Shown here: in pieces, positions 5,462 to 15,136 of the stretch
Layout: every line of letters starts with the position of its first letter
Position numbering within the stretch: position 1 is the first letter of the stretch
Source of the DNA: PVC group bacterium
GTDB lineage: Bacteria > GCA-001730085 > JADFSZ01
Direction of reading: 5' to 3'
DNA length: 15,918 nucleotides
Assembly (NCBI GenBank): GCA_022560555.1
Contig: JADFSZ010000016.1
Span: 1 to 15,918, forward strand
Made by a program: the position numbers and the translations under genes
The notes under the pieces: generated by a model
What the model was told of the DNA's origin: nothing
Databases searched by the model: none
The model's input: the letters and a program-made list of their open reading frames with translations, nothing else

Positions 5462-8400
5462 ATTTAATCCAATTTTCCATCCGTAATCGTCTGTTTTTCA
5501 ATTTATTGACTTTTTTTCTCATCATAGCCGGTATTCTCACGGCCCTCAAAATGAAAAGAGAAGCTTTCCCGAACGTTCAATATGATATTGTTTCTATCAC
5601 AACGTCCTACCAGGGAGCCTCCCCCGCGGAAGTTGAAAAACTTGTTACCATCCCATTAGAAGAAAAGCTCATTGAAGTTGACGATATTAAAGAAATGTTA
5701 TCCGTCTCTTCCGAGGGGATTTCAGTCATCACCATGACACTGGACCCGGACGCGCCTGATAAGGACCGTGTTGTTAATGATATCCAAACAGCTGTTGATA
5801 ACACGAATGATTTGCCTGACGATCTTGAAGACGATCCTATCGTCAAAGAATTTAACACAAGAGACAGGCCCGCGATTCAAATATCTCTTTCCGGAAATCT
5901 TGATGAGCACGATCTTCAGAAATACGCAGAAATATTGGAGGATCGTATTCTTGATATTGAGGGCGTCGCGCGCATTAACCGTTCAGGTTGGCGCGAAAAA
6001 GAAATCTGGGTCGAAGCTGATCCGGACAAACTTGATGAGTATCATTTTTCACTTGAAGACATTATCGTCGCCCTTAGAAACCGTAACCTGAATTTGCCCG
6101 GAGGTACGATCAAAAAGGACCGCGAAGAATTTCTCGTGCGCACCGTCGGTGAATTTGAAACCTCAGATGAAGTGCGAAAAGTCATTGTCAGGGCGAATGA
6201 TCAGGGCAACTGGGTAGAGGTGGGTGATCTCGCGCGTGTCATCGACACTTTTGAAGATGAAGATATTATTCATAAAACAAACGGAACACGGTCCATCAAC
6301 CTTCAGGTCGTAAAGAGGGGGTCGGGAGATGTGATTCGTGTTGTGAACGCGATTAGAGTCGTTTTAGACGAATTTAAGGAACAAGTCCCAACAGAACTCA
6401 AGGTTTCAATATACGATGATATTTCGTTCTACGTAAAGCGGCGTTTGAACGTTCTGCTTAATAACGGAATCTACGGAGTGTTTTTTGTTCTGATATGCCT
6501 CATGCTATTTTTGCGTCCTTCGGTCGCCTTGGCAACCGCGTTTGGGATCCCTTTCACGATTTTAGCCGCTATCATGGTTATGTCACTTTTGGGCCTTACC
6601 ATTAATCTTCTTTCTATGTTTGGTCTTATTATTGTCCTTGGGATGATTGTCGATGACGCGATTGTTGTCGGCGAAAATTCTTACCGTTTGATTGAAGAGG
6701 GATTAGAGCCCGAGGAAGCCGTCATAAAGGGGGCCACAGCTATGCTCAAGCCCGTCACCACTACGATCCTGACAACCATTGTTGTGTTTCTTCCCTTGAT
6801 GTTTATGACGGGAATATTCGGACAGTTTATCCGTGCCATACCTCAGGTTGTGATTATCGTCTTAGTCTTGTCCTTGTTTGAAGCCTTTTTTATTCTCCCT
6901 TCACATATTATCGATTTTGTGGGGATGAACAGAAAAGGTAAAGGATCGTCACTGAAAAGCAAATGGATAAAAAAGTTCATGTTCCCGTTTCATACTTTCT
7001 CTTCGGCACGTAATGCTCTGGGTCGCCGATGTGCTCAAAAGTACGAGACATTGCTTATTTGGTCCGTCAAAAAGCGTTATTTATTGTTCTTGCTCATGAT
7101 AATGATGCTTGTGGGGTCAGTTGTATTTCAAAAGAAATTTATGAAAACAATTTTATTTCCAAAACGTGGTATTGAAATATTTTCGGTTAAAGCCAAAGCT
7201 CCGGTTGGTACGGCTCTGAAACTCACCGCTGAGCAGCTCTCTCTTATTGAAAAAGCGATAGAAGGTCTTCCGAAAAATGAGATTGACACGTATGTGACCA
7301 CTGTCGGTCTGATGAGTGATGATGGGCGCTCGATGGAACGTGGTAGTCATGTTGGCCAAATTGTTGTGTACTTGACGCCACCCGCGGAACGAGTGCGGAA
7401 GGCCGACGAGATTATAGCGGATCTTAAAACAAAAGTGAAAAATCACGATTTTTTTGATCATTTGACCTTTTCTCAAATGGGCGGTGGCCCTCCGGTCGGA
7501 AAGCCTGTGGCGGCAAAAATTAGAGGAAAGTCGTTTGATGAATTGTTAGCCGTTGCCGAGAGGATTAAATCGGAATTGAGTAACATGAATGGAGTCATCG
7601 ATATTGAGGACGATTATAACGAGGGGAAGGGTGAGTACCGCGTTATTGTTAATGAAAAGGAAGCTCTGAGGACCGGCCTTTCTGTTCAACAGATTGCCCA
7701 AAGTGTCCGAAATATGTTTGATGGAGGCATCGCGACAACCATCAGAAAGGGGAAAGAAGAAATTGATGTTGTTGTGCGATTTCCTGAGCATTTAAGACAG
7801 AATCCCTCCAATTTTGAGAAATTACTGATCCCTAACGAAAAGGGAAATTTAATTCCGTTTTATAGCGTGGCCAAAATAGAACAGGCCACCGGGTTGATGA
7901 GTATCAAACACTACGATCGAAAGAAAGTTGTGACTGTAAGTGCAGAAATAGATGATGAAATTACGTCCTCCATGATTGTCAACACTACACTCCAGGAGAA
8001 ATCCATAAATATTCTTCGTGAATATCCGAATGTGCTCATTAAATTCGGAGGGGAAAATGAGGATACACAAGAATCGCTCGAAAGCTTGCGTCACGCGTTT
8101 GTTATTGCGTTGATTATGGTCTTTTTGATCTTAGCCACAACATTCAATTCTCTTTTACAACCAGCTATTGTCATATTAGCGATTCCGTTTGGATTTGTTG
8201 GAGTCGTTTTTGCTCTCTATTTTCACGGTGAACCATTCAGCTTCCTTGCCTTTCTCGGTATGGTTGGATTGTCCGGTGTTGTCATTAATGATTCTATCAT
8301 TTTAGTTGATTACATCAATCAGCTAAGAAAACAAGGATTGTCCCTTTTTGATGCCGTTATCCAAGGAGGCAAAACACGCTTAAGACCTGTCGTCTTAACA

Positions 8401-8574
8401 ACACTCACAACCATTATCGGGCTGGCTCCAGTCGCGTATGGATTGGGTGGGTTGGATCCTTTTTTACGACCCATGGCCATTACGATTAGCTGGGGACTCG
8501 CTTTTGGTACCATTATCATTCTCGGATTAGTTCCCTGTCTTTATTTCACGTTTGCGGGAGCCTCAAATGATTAG
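5458..8574 (+). CDS. RND efflux transporter permease, AcrB/CzcA-like
   Basis: 1038 aa, with a 12-TM RND layout and two large periplasmic loops. The TM4 motif is GMIVDDAIVV. The N-terminus FSIRNRLFFNLLTFFLIIAG..FPNV is typical of the family. Confidence 0.92.
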   Translation: MNLIQFSIRNRLFFNLLTFFLIIAGILTALKMKREAFPNVQYDIVSITTSYQGASPAEVEKLVTIPLEEKLIEVDDIKEMLSVSSEGISVITMTLDPDAPDKDRVVNDIQTAVDNTNDLPDDLEDDPIVKEFNTRDRPAIQISLSGNLDEHDLQKYAEILEDRILDIEGVARINRSGWREKEIWVEADPDKLDEYHFSLEDIIVALRNRNLNLPGGTIKKDREEFLVRTVGEFETSDEVRKVIVRANDQGNWVEVGDLARVIDTFEDEDIIHKTNGTRSINLQVVKRGSGDVIRVVNAIRVVLDEFKEQVPTELKVSIYDDISFYVKRRLNVLLNNGIYGVFFVLICLMLFLRPSVALATAFGIPFTILAAIMVMSLLGLTINLLSMFGLIIVLGMIVDDAIVVGENSYRLIEEGLEPEEAVIKGATAMLKPVTTTILTTIVVFLPLMFMTGIFGQFIRAIPQVVIIVLVLSLFEAFFILPSHIIDFVGMNRKGKGSSLKSKWIKKFMFPFHTFSSARNALGRRCAQKYETLLIWSVKKRYLLFLLMIMMLVGSVVFQKKFMKTILFPKRGIEIFSVKAKAPVGTALKLTAEQLSLIEKAIEGLPKNEIDTYVTTVGLMSDDGRSMERGSHVGQIVVYLTPPAERVRKADEIIADLKTKVKNHDFFDHLTFSQMGGGPPVGKPVAAKIRGKSFDELLAVAERIKSELSNMNGVIDIEDDYNEGKGEYRVIVNEKEALRTGLSVQQIAQSVRNMFDGGIATTIRKGKEEIDVVVRFPEHLRQNPSNFEKLLIPNEKGNLIPFYSVAKIEQATGLMSIKHYDRKKVVTVSAEIDDEITSSMIVNTTLQEKSINILREYPNVLIKFGGENEDTQESLESLRHAFVIALIMVFLILATTFNSLLQPAIVILAIPFGFVGVVFALYFHGEPFSFLAFLGMVGLSGVVINDSIILVDYINQLRKQGLSLFDAVIQGGKTRLRPVVLTTLTTIIGLAPVAYGLGGLDPFLRPMAITISWGLAFGTIIILGLVPCLYFTFAGASND

Positions 8575-10258
8575 AATCGCTCTCGCGCAAATAAATTCTT
8601 GTGTTGGGGATCTTAAAAACAACTACTATCGAATTGCCCGGTCTATCGCGCTTGCGAAGAGCCGGGGAGCCCAGCTTGTTATTTTTCCCGAAATGGCCAC
8701 AACAGGTTATCCTCCCGAAGATTTGTTATTTAAAAAACATTTTACGGATGAGGTAAGTGAAATTAACAAAAAAATCGCGCATCTCTCGAATGGGATCTGT
8801 GTTATCGTCGGAACCATAGAAATGTCCGGACATCAGAAACCTTTTGATAGTGCTTTGATTTGCGCGAACAAAAAAATTCTCGGAGCCTATCATAAAGTGT
8901 GTTTGCCGAATTACGGTGTCTTTGATGAAAAGCGTCATTTCACCGCGGGTACGACCCCTTTAGTTCTTGTATTGAACGGTCTCTCGATTGGGCTAACGAT
9001 CTGTGAAGATATCTGGCATGATGACGGACCATTAAATCGCCTTCTTGATAAACTTTCATTGATTATTAATCTTAGCAGTTCGCCCTACACAACGACAAAA
9101 TATAAAGAGCGATTGAGGATCTTAAAAAAAAGAGCTCTGAAATATAAAGCGGATATTTTTTATGTCAATATGATCGGTGGACAGGATGAGCTTTTATTTG
9201 ACGGCCGTAGTCAGGTGATTACGAAACAGGGGAAAGTCGCGGCTGAAGCGGCTTTCTTTGAAGAAGATTTGCTTCTTTATGACTGTCTGATGAAACCACG
9301 CAAAAAGGACTCGAAAAGATCAAAGCAGCCAAAAATAAAATATGTCATATTAAACACTGTTATGGCTCCGGGGTCTAAACCCGTACGTAAACAAAAAGCC
9401 AAGAAAATTCCTCTCATTGAAGAAATTTATACGGCCTTAAAAATAGGCGTTCATGATTACGCGTCAAAGAACTCATTTCAAAAAGTGCTTATCGGTTTGT
9501 CCGGCGGCATCGATTCTGCCCTGACGGCACTTGTTGCCTGTGACGCTTTAGGACGTGAAAACGTTGTCTGCGTCACTATGCCTTCGAAATATTCATCGAA
9601 AGGGACTAAAAAAGATGCTAAAATATTAGCGAATCGTTTGGGTGCGAGAGTCATAGAAATCCCTATTCAAAATATATTCCATAAGTTTATCGTTGATTTA
9701 AGTCCGGTTTTCAAGAATATGCCGTCTGATAGTACCGAGGAAAATATTCAGGCCAGAATACGGGGGGTATTGCTTATGGCACTGTCAAACAAATTTGGTT
9801 GGCTTGTGCTGTCCACCGGAAACAAAAGCGAAACATCCTGCGGGTATTCAACATTGTACGGGGATATGGCCGGAGGATTGAATGTTCTTAAAGATATATA
9901 CAAAACAACTGTTTATGATCTCGCGCGTTGGCGCAATGAGAGAGATAAAAAGCCTCTTATCCCCGGAGGTATTTTTAAAAGAATGCCCTCGGCGGAGTTA
10001 AGACCAAACCAAAAAGATCAAGACACTTTACCCGCTTATCCGCTCTTAGACAAGATATTGAAGTGGTATATCGAAGAGAAACTCAGCGGCGCGAAGATTA
10101 TTAAAAAGGGATTTGATCGTACCGTGGTTAATCGTGTCATTCATATGGTTGAGACAAGTGAGCATAAACGCAGGCAAGCTCCACCGGGTATCAAAATCAC
10201 AAACGTTGCTTTTGGCCGGGATCGAAGATTTCCGATAACAAACCGCTATCGCGGTTAA
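8567..10258 (+). CDS. nadE: Glutamine-dependent NAD+ synthetase
   Basis: The start is taken at ATG 8567 (MIRIALAQINSCVGDL), which overlaps the RND stop by 8 nt. The N-terminal nitrilase/CN-hydrolase domain has FPEMATTGY, YHKVCLPNYGVFDE and LTICEDIW. The C-terminal domain carries the SGGIDS ATP-pyrophosphatase motif. Confidence 0.92.
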   Translation: MIRIALAQINSCVGDLKNNYYRIARSIALAKSRGAQLVIFPEMATTGYPPEDLLFKKHFTDEVSEINKKIAHLSNGICVIVGTIEMSGHQKPFDSALICANKKILGAYHKVCLPNYGVFDEKRHFTAGTTPLVLVLNGLSIGLTICEDIWHDDGPLNRLLDKLSLIINLSSSPYTTTKYKERLRILKKRALKYKADIFYVNMIGGQDELLFDGRSQVITKQGKVAAEAAFFEEDLLLYDCLMKPRKKDSKRSKQPKIKYVILNTVMAPGSKPVRKQKAKKIPLIEEIYTALKIGVHDYASKNSFQKVLIGLSGGIDSALTALVACDALGRENVVCVTMPSKYSSKGTKKDAKILANRLGARVIEIPIQNIFHKFIVDLSPVFKNMPSDSTEENIQARIRGVLLMALSNKFGWLVLSTGNKSETSCGYSTLYGDMAGGLNVLKDIYKTTVYDLARWRNERDKKPLIPGGIFKRMPSAELRPNQKDQDTLPAYPLLDKILKWYIEEKLSGAKIIKKGFDRTVVNRVIHMVETSEHKRRQAPPGIKITNVAFGRDRRFPITNRYRG

Positions 10259-10277
10259 TAGACATGAGGCATGTGAT

Positions 10278-11267
10278 ATGAATAAAGTGCGTAAACGAAT
10301 TTTGAGTGGCATGAGACCGACAGGCCGGCTTCACATCGGGCATCTCCTGGGCGCGCTGGAAAACTGGGTTAAATACCAAGATGAGTATGACTGTTTTTAT
10401 ATGGTGGCTGATTGGCACGCTCTTATGAGTGAATATGAAAAACCGGATGCGACACGTCAAAATATTTATGATTGTGTCGCGGATTGGCTTGCTTTCGGAG
10501 TCGATACAAGTAAAAGCACTGTATTTGTTCAGTCCGATGTGCCGGAGCATCTTGAGCTGTATATGATGTTGTCTTGTATAACGCCTTTACCGTGGCTTGA
10601 GAGGTGTCCGACGTACAAGGAACAGCTCAAAGAGATCAAAGGACGTGATTTGTTTACGTACGCGTTTTTAGGTTATCCGGCTCTTCAAGCCGCAGATATT
10701 ATGCTCTATAAAGCGAATATTGTTCCTGTCGGAAAAGACCAATTGCCTCATCTGGAATTGACACGGGAAATTTGCCGGAGATTTAACCATTTATACAAAA
10801 CGGATGTGCTTATTGAACCTCAGGCCATGCTGACGAAAACATCAAAATTGCTTGGAATTGATAATAGAAAAATGTCTAAAAGTTATGGAAACACCATTGC
10901 TCTTTCGGATGAACCGGACGTTATTATTAAAAAGACGAAAAAAATGATTACAGATCCCCAAAGGATCAAAATGGATGACCCCGGACATCCCGAAGTCTGC
11001 AATGTGTATTCCTATTATAATGTCTTTGCGCCTGAGCAATCCAAAGAGGTTTACGATTGGTGCACAGGTGCGAAAAAGGGATGCACGGAATGCAAATCCA
11101 TCATGGCAGATGTTCTCATTAAAAGACTTGAAGAGGGCCAAAAAGCACGAAAAGAGATTGTCAGGGATAAAAAAACCATTCAAAACATCCTGAAAAACGG
11201 CGCCGAAAAGGCGCGTGATATCGCAGGAAAAACCATGAAAGAAGTCAAAGAGGCTGTCGGACTATGA
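10278..11267 (+). CDS. trpS: Tryptophanyl-tRNA synthetase
   Basis: 329 aa, with class I signatures GRLHIGH (HIGH) and KMSKS. The N-terminus SGMRPTG is typical of TrpRS. It carries a four-Cys cluster motif (see findings). Confidence 0.95.
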   Translation: MNKVRKRILSGMRPTGRLHIGHLLGALENWVKYQDEYDCFYMVADWHALMSEYEKPDATRQNIYDCVADWLAFGVDTSKSTVFVQSDVPEHLELYMMLSCITPLPWLERCPTYKEQLKEIKGRDLFTYAFLGYPALQAADIMLYKANIVPVGKDQLPHLELTREICRRFNHLYKTDVLIEPQAMLTKTSKLLGIDNRKMSKSYGNTIALSDEPDVIIKKTKKMITDPQRIKMDDPGHPEVCNVYSYYNVFAPEQSKEVYDWCTGAKKGCTECKSIMADVLIKRLEEGQKARKEIVRDKKTIQNILKNGAEKARDIAGKTMKEVKEAVGL

Positions 11268-11980
11268 GCTATAAAGTAGATTTGCCGATATTTGAGGGTC
11301 CTTTGGATTTGCTGCTTCATTTGATCAAAAAAGACGAAATCAACATCTATGATATTCCCATTTCACAGATCACGAAACAATACATGGAATATATCGGAAT
11401 GATGGAAATTCTGGATATCAATATCGCCGGTGAATTTTTGGTTATGGCTGCGACCCTGATGCATATAAAGTCAAAGATGCTTTTGCCTGCTCCGGACACG
11501 GATGAGGATGCGATTGATCCCAGAGAAGAACTTGTCCTGCAGCTTTTAGAGTACAAACGCTTCAAAGAGGTTGCCGGCCGCCTTCAGCAAATGGAAGAAG
11601 TCCAGAGTCATTTTTACAAACGGAACTTTCTGGATGAAGTTGAAAACCCGGATGAAGATGGGTTTATTCATGATGTCGATATTTTTGATCTCATGAGTGC
11701 CTTTCAGGGCATTTTGGAAAATCTGCCGAAGGAGACTGATTATACGATAGAAAAAGATACAATGACCGTGACAGATATGATTCTTGAAATTATGGGTCTG
11801 CTTAAACACTATGAAACGCTGCTATTCGCCTCCTTGTTTAAGAAATGTCCTTCAAAGGTTGTTGCCGTAACTGTTTTTTTGGCTATGCTTGAATTGATAA
11901 AGATGAGACGTGTTTCTGTGAGACAGGATAAAACGTTTGCTGATGTTGCTATTTTCAGAGGGGAGAAATATGAACGATGA
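11264..11980 (+). CDS. scpA: Segregation and condensation protein A (kleisin)
   Basis: 238 aa. The N-terminus FEGPLDLLLHLIKKDEINIYDIPISQIT is the hallmark ScpA motif. The start overlaps the trpS stop (ATGA). Confidence 0.9.
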   Translation: MSYKVDLPIFEGPLDLLLHLIKKDEINIYDIPISQITKQYMEYIGMMEILDINIAGEFLVMAATLMHIKSKMLLPAPDTDEDAIDPREELVLQLLEYKRFKEVAGRLQQMEEVQSHFYKRNFLDEVENPDEDGFIHDVDIFDLMSAFQGILENLPKETDYTIEKDTMTVTDMILEIMGLLKHYETLLFASLFKKCPSKVVAVTVFLAMLELIKMRRVSVRQDKTFADVAIFRGEKYER

Positions 11981-12905
11981 GATAAAGACGAACCATCAGA
12001 ATGATCAAGATTTACAAAATCATGAGTCCGCTGAAGATGCGGGGGCATTGTCAGGATCCGAAGAAAATCTAGCTAAGAATCTGGAAGACAAACAAGTGTC
12101 CGCTCAAGCAGATGATGAAACGGATGTTTCTTTGGGTGAGACGGATGATTCTGAATTGACAAATGAGGAAAGGGCATTAAAACAAGAAGCTCTTGAGGAA
12201 CTCACGGCTCCGAATATTAAACACATTATTGAAGGCTTGTTATTTGTGAGCGATGAGCCTGTGACCATGGACAAATTCAAGCAGGTGCTAGGGGCTCGTA
12301 CAAAACCCCAAGTCGTCCGTGATTTTATCGCTGAGCTTAAAGAGGAATATGATGAAGCCAGTAGAGGGTTTATGATCATTGAAGTGGCCAATGGTTTTCA
12401 AATGGCCACACGCGCTGAATATGCCCATTGGTTGACAAAGCTATACAAAGGAAAGAAAGAGCGCTTTTTGTCAAAATCCTCATTAGAAACTCTTTCAATC
12501 GTAGCGTATCGGCAAACCATTACCCGCGCGGAAATTGAAGCCATCCGGGGTGTCAATGTTGATGGCGTTATTAAAACACTCCTTGATCGTAATTTAATTA
12601 AAATCGTCGGTAAAAAAGAAGTTCCGGGTCGTCCCATGCTGTATGGGACAACAAAACGTTTTCTTGAGTATTTTGGTCTAAAAGCATTGGAGGACTTGCC
12701 GGGATTGCCTGATAGTGATCCCGAGGAGGAGAAAAAAATCCGTGAATCTCTTCGCCGGGGAGATCAAATGGATGATGAAGATAAGGGGCTTCGTGAGCAA
12801 CAGCCCATTGTTGAAGATTACGAAGAAACTTTGAGTGAGGAAGACCAAGAAAATACTTCCGCCCAAACGTCAAATATTGAAGAGGATAGTAAATCGGACG
12901 GATAG
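11970..12905 (+). CDS. scpB: Segregation and condensation protein B, with acidic N- and C-terminal extensions
   Basis: I chose the ATG at 11970, preceded by GGGGAG, which overlaps scpA by 11 nt. The core IEGLLFVSDEPVTMDKF...ETLSIVAYRQTITRAEIEAIRGV...GRPMLYGTTKRFLEYFGL is typical of ScpB winged-helix repeats. Confidence 0.85.
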   Translation: MNDEIKTNHQNDQDLQNHESAEDAGALSGSEENLAKNLEDKQVSAQADDETDVSLGETDDSELTNEERALKQEALEELTAPNIKHIIEGLLFVSDEPVTMDKFKQVLGARTKPQVVRDFIAELKEEYDEASRGFMIIEVANGFQMATRAEYAHWLTKLYKGKKERFLSKSSLETLSIVAYRQTITRAEIEAIRGVNVDGVIKTLLDRNLIKIVGKKEVPGRPMLYGTTKRFLEYFGLKALEDLPGLPDSDPEEEKKIRESLRRGDQMDDEDKGLREQQPIVEDYEETLSEEDQENTSAQTSNIEEDSKSDG

Positions 12906-12926
12906 TATTTAAGGAGGGAGAACATT

Positions 12927-13988
12927 ATGAGCATTCATAAAAAGAGGGTTCAGATTGATAAAATTGATGATGATATTTTAAAAATTATCAACAAAAGAGC
13001 TAAATTAGTGCAGGATATTGCGCGAATCAAGCATGACAAAAAAGGAAAATTTTACGTTCCAAGCCGTGAACATAACATCTATAAACGGCTCAAGAAAAAC
13101 AATAAAGGTCCTCTTTCTCAAAAGGCTGTCAATGCTATATTCCGCGAAATAATGTCCGCGTCCTTGGCTCTGGAAAATCCTTTGCTCATATCCTTTATGG
13201 GGCCGCCGGCTAGTTTTACGCACTTGGCCGCTCAGGAAAAATTCGGAAGTTCATTGGATTATGTCGAAGAGAAGACCATCACGGATGTTTTTGACAGCGT
13301 TGAAAAGTCCCGAAGTGATTATGGGGTTGTGCCTATCGAAAACAGCACGGAAGGGACTGTCACGCATACACTGGATATGTTTATTGAATCGGATCTTCGA
13401 ATCTGTTCTGAACTCCTATTTCAAATTGAGCACAATCTATTATCTAAGTATCCACTGAAGCAGCTCAAAAGGATTTACTCTAATCCGCAGGTATTCGGGC
13501 AGTGCCGCTTATGGCTGGAAGCCCATTGTCCCGGGGTGGAATTGATTGAGAGCACGAGCACAACACAAGCCGCTCAAATTGCCTCAAAAGAGGCTAAAAG
13601 CGCGGCTATTGCAAGTCGATTGGCCGCACGGCAATATAAACTTCCTATTCTTAGGGCCACAATTCAGGACAAGGTGGATAATGTGACTCGATTCTTAGTC
13701 ATTGGTAAACAGGAAGTGGATCCGACGGGACACGACAAAACATCGATTCTGTTTTCTGTCAAAGACCGTGTAGGTGTTTTGCATTCGATGCTGGCCCCTT
13801 TCCGCAAAGCGAAAATAAATCTCACAAAGATTGAATCAAGGCCGACAAGAAAGAAAAAGTGGGAATATGTCTTTTTCGTCGATTTCATTGGGCATGAAAA
13901 AGACCAATCTATCCAAAGAGCATTGCGAGAGCTGGAAAAGAGCTGCCTTATGCTGAAAATTTTAGGTTCATACCCTACCACCACGTAA
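12927..13988 (+). CDS. pheA: Bifunctional chorismate mutase / prephenate dehydratase (P-protein)
   Basis: 353 aa, preceded by a strong RBS (AAGGAGGG). It has an N-terminal chorismate mutase helix region (IDKIDDDILKIINKRAKL), a PDT domain (YGVVPIENSTEGTV, NVTRFLVI) and a C-terminal ACT domain (ESRPTRKKKWEYVFFVD). Confidence 0.9.
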   Translation: MSIHKKRVQIDKIDDDILKIINKRAKLVQDIARIKHDKKGKFYVPSREHNIYKRLKKNNKGPLSQKAVNAIFREIMSASLALENPLLISFMGPPASFTHLAAQEKFGSSLDYVEEKTITDVFDSVEKSRSDYGVVPIENSTEGTVTHTLDMFIESDLRICSELLFQIEHNLLSKYPLKQLKRIYSNPQVFGQCRLWLEAHCPGVELIESTSTTQAAQIASKEAKSAAIASRLAARQYKLPILRATIQDKVDNVTRFLVIGKQEVDPTGHDKTSILFSVKDRVGVLHSMLAPFRKAKINLTKIESRPTRKKKWEYVFFVDFIGHEKDQSIQRALRELEKSCLMLKILGSYPTTT

Positions 13989-14014
13989 TCCGATAATTTT
14001 ACAAGGCTTTCCAC

Positions 14015-15136
14015 ATGTTAAAAAGGCTTATGAATAAAAATTTCTTAAATTTTAAGCCTTATGAGCCGGGGAAGCCTATTGATGAAGTGTCACGTGAGTT
14101 AAAAATTCGTAATATCATCAAACTAGCTTCAAACGAGAATCCGTTTGGACCTTCGCCCAAGGCTGTCCAAGCAGCTAAAAGGGCTCTTCTAAGCTCACAT
14201 GTCTATCCTGACGGAAGCTGCTATCATCTACAAAAGAAACTTGCGTCAAAGCTTGGTGTGAAGCCGGGCAATATTATCTTTGGCAATGGCTCGAATGAAC
14301 TTGTTGAGCTCATTATGAGTGTTTTTGTCGGAAAAAATGAAAATATCATCATTTCCCGGCACGCGTTTGTTGTCTATCGTTTGTGCGCGAAACAAAAAAA
14401 TATCAAATTTATTGAAGCGCCGATGCTGAATTATACACATGACCTTAAGTTCATGGCCAAGGCCGTGACGAAAAAAACAAAACTTATTTTCGTTGCCAAC
14501 CCCAATAATCCTACGGGAACTATCAATACGGCCGGGGAACTAGATCAATTTATTCAATCATTGCCGGGGGATGTGATCCTTGTTGTCGATGAAGCCTATT
14601 GTGAATTTGTTCAAAGCAAACAGTATCCGAAGACACTTCGGTATATTCGTTCAAGAAAAAATATCATACTCCTTCGTACTTTTTCAAAAATATATGGTTT
14701 GGCCGGTCTTCGTATCGGATACGCAATTGGAAGCGAGAGGCTTGTTAAACCCCTTCATTTAGCCAGACAACCGTTTAATGTGAACAGTATCGCGCAGATC
14801 GCGGCTAGCGCCGCTATTGACGACAACGCGTTTGTCAGAAAAACACTTTTGAATAATAAAACGCAAATGGATTATCTTGTCTGTGAACTTGAAAAATTAG
14901 ACCTTAAGGTCATACCAAGTCAGGCTAATTTTATTCTCATTAATGTTCGACAAAACGGCAGACGCGTATTTAAAAGACTGATGTCGCGCGGTGTGATAGT
15001 ACGGCCAATGGATGAGTACGGATTCTCAAATATGATTCGAGTTACAGTCGGGTTAGTAAACCAAAATAAAAAGTTTATCAGAGCTCTGAAACAAGTATTG
15101 AAGGATTGTACAGATAGAAAGGGAAGGCTGTTATGA
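14015..15136 (+). CDS. hisC: Histidinol-phosphate / aromatic aminotransferase (class II PLP aminotransferase)
   Basis: 373 aa. Motifs include LASNENPFGPSP, NPNNPTG and FSKIYGLAGLRIGY (the PLP lysine). Confidence 0.88.
   Translation: MLKRLMNKNFLNFKPYEPGKPIDEVSRELKIRNIIKLASNENPFGPSPKAVQAAKRALLSSHVYPDGSCYHLQKKLASKLGVKPGNIIFGNGSNELVELIMSVFVGKNENIIISRHAFVVYRLCAKQKNIKFIEAPMLNYTHDLKFMAKAVTKKTKLIFVANPNNPTGTINTAGELDQFIQSLPGDVILVVDEAYCEFVQSKQYPKTLRYIRSRKNIILLRTFSKIYGLAGLRIGYAIGSERLVKPLHLARQPFNVNSIAQIAASAAIDDNAFVRKTLLNNKTQMDYLVCELEKLDLKVIPSQANFILINVRQNGRRVFKRLMSRGVIVRPMDEYGFSNMIRVTVGLVNQNKKFIRALKQVLKDCTDRKGRLL

Noticed and set aside
10259-10277. Checked for T-box, attenuator or riboswitch leaders ahead of trpS (and ahead of pheA at 12906..12926)
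   Set aside because: The spacers are only 19 and 21 nt, too short for any such leader. They contain only RBS-like sequence.
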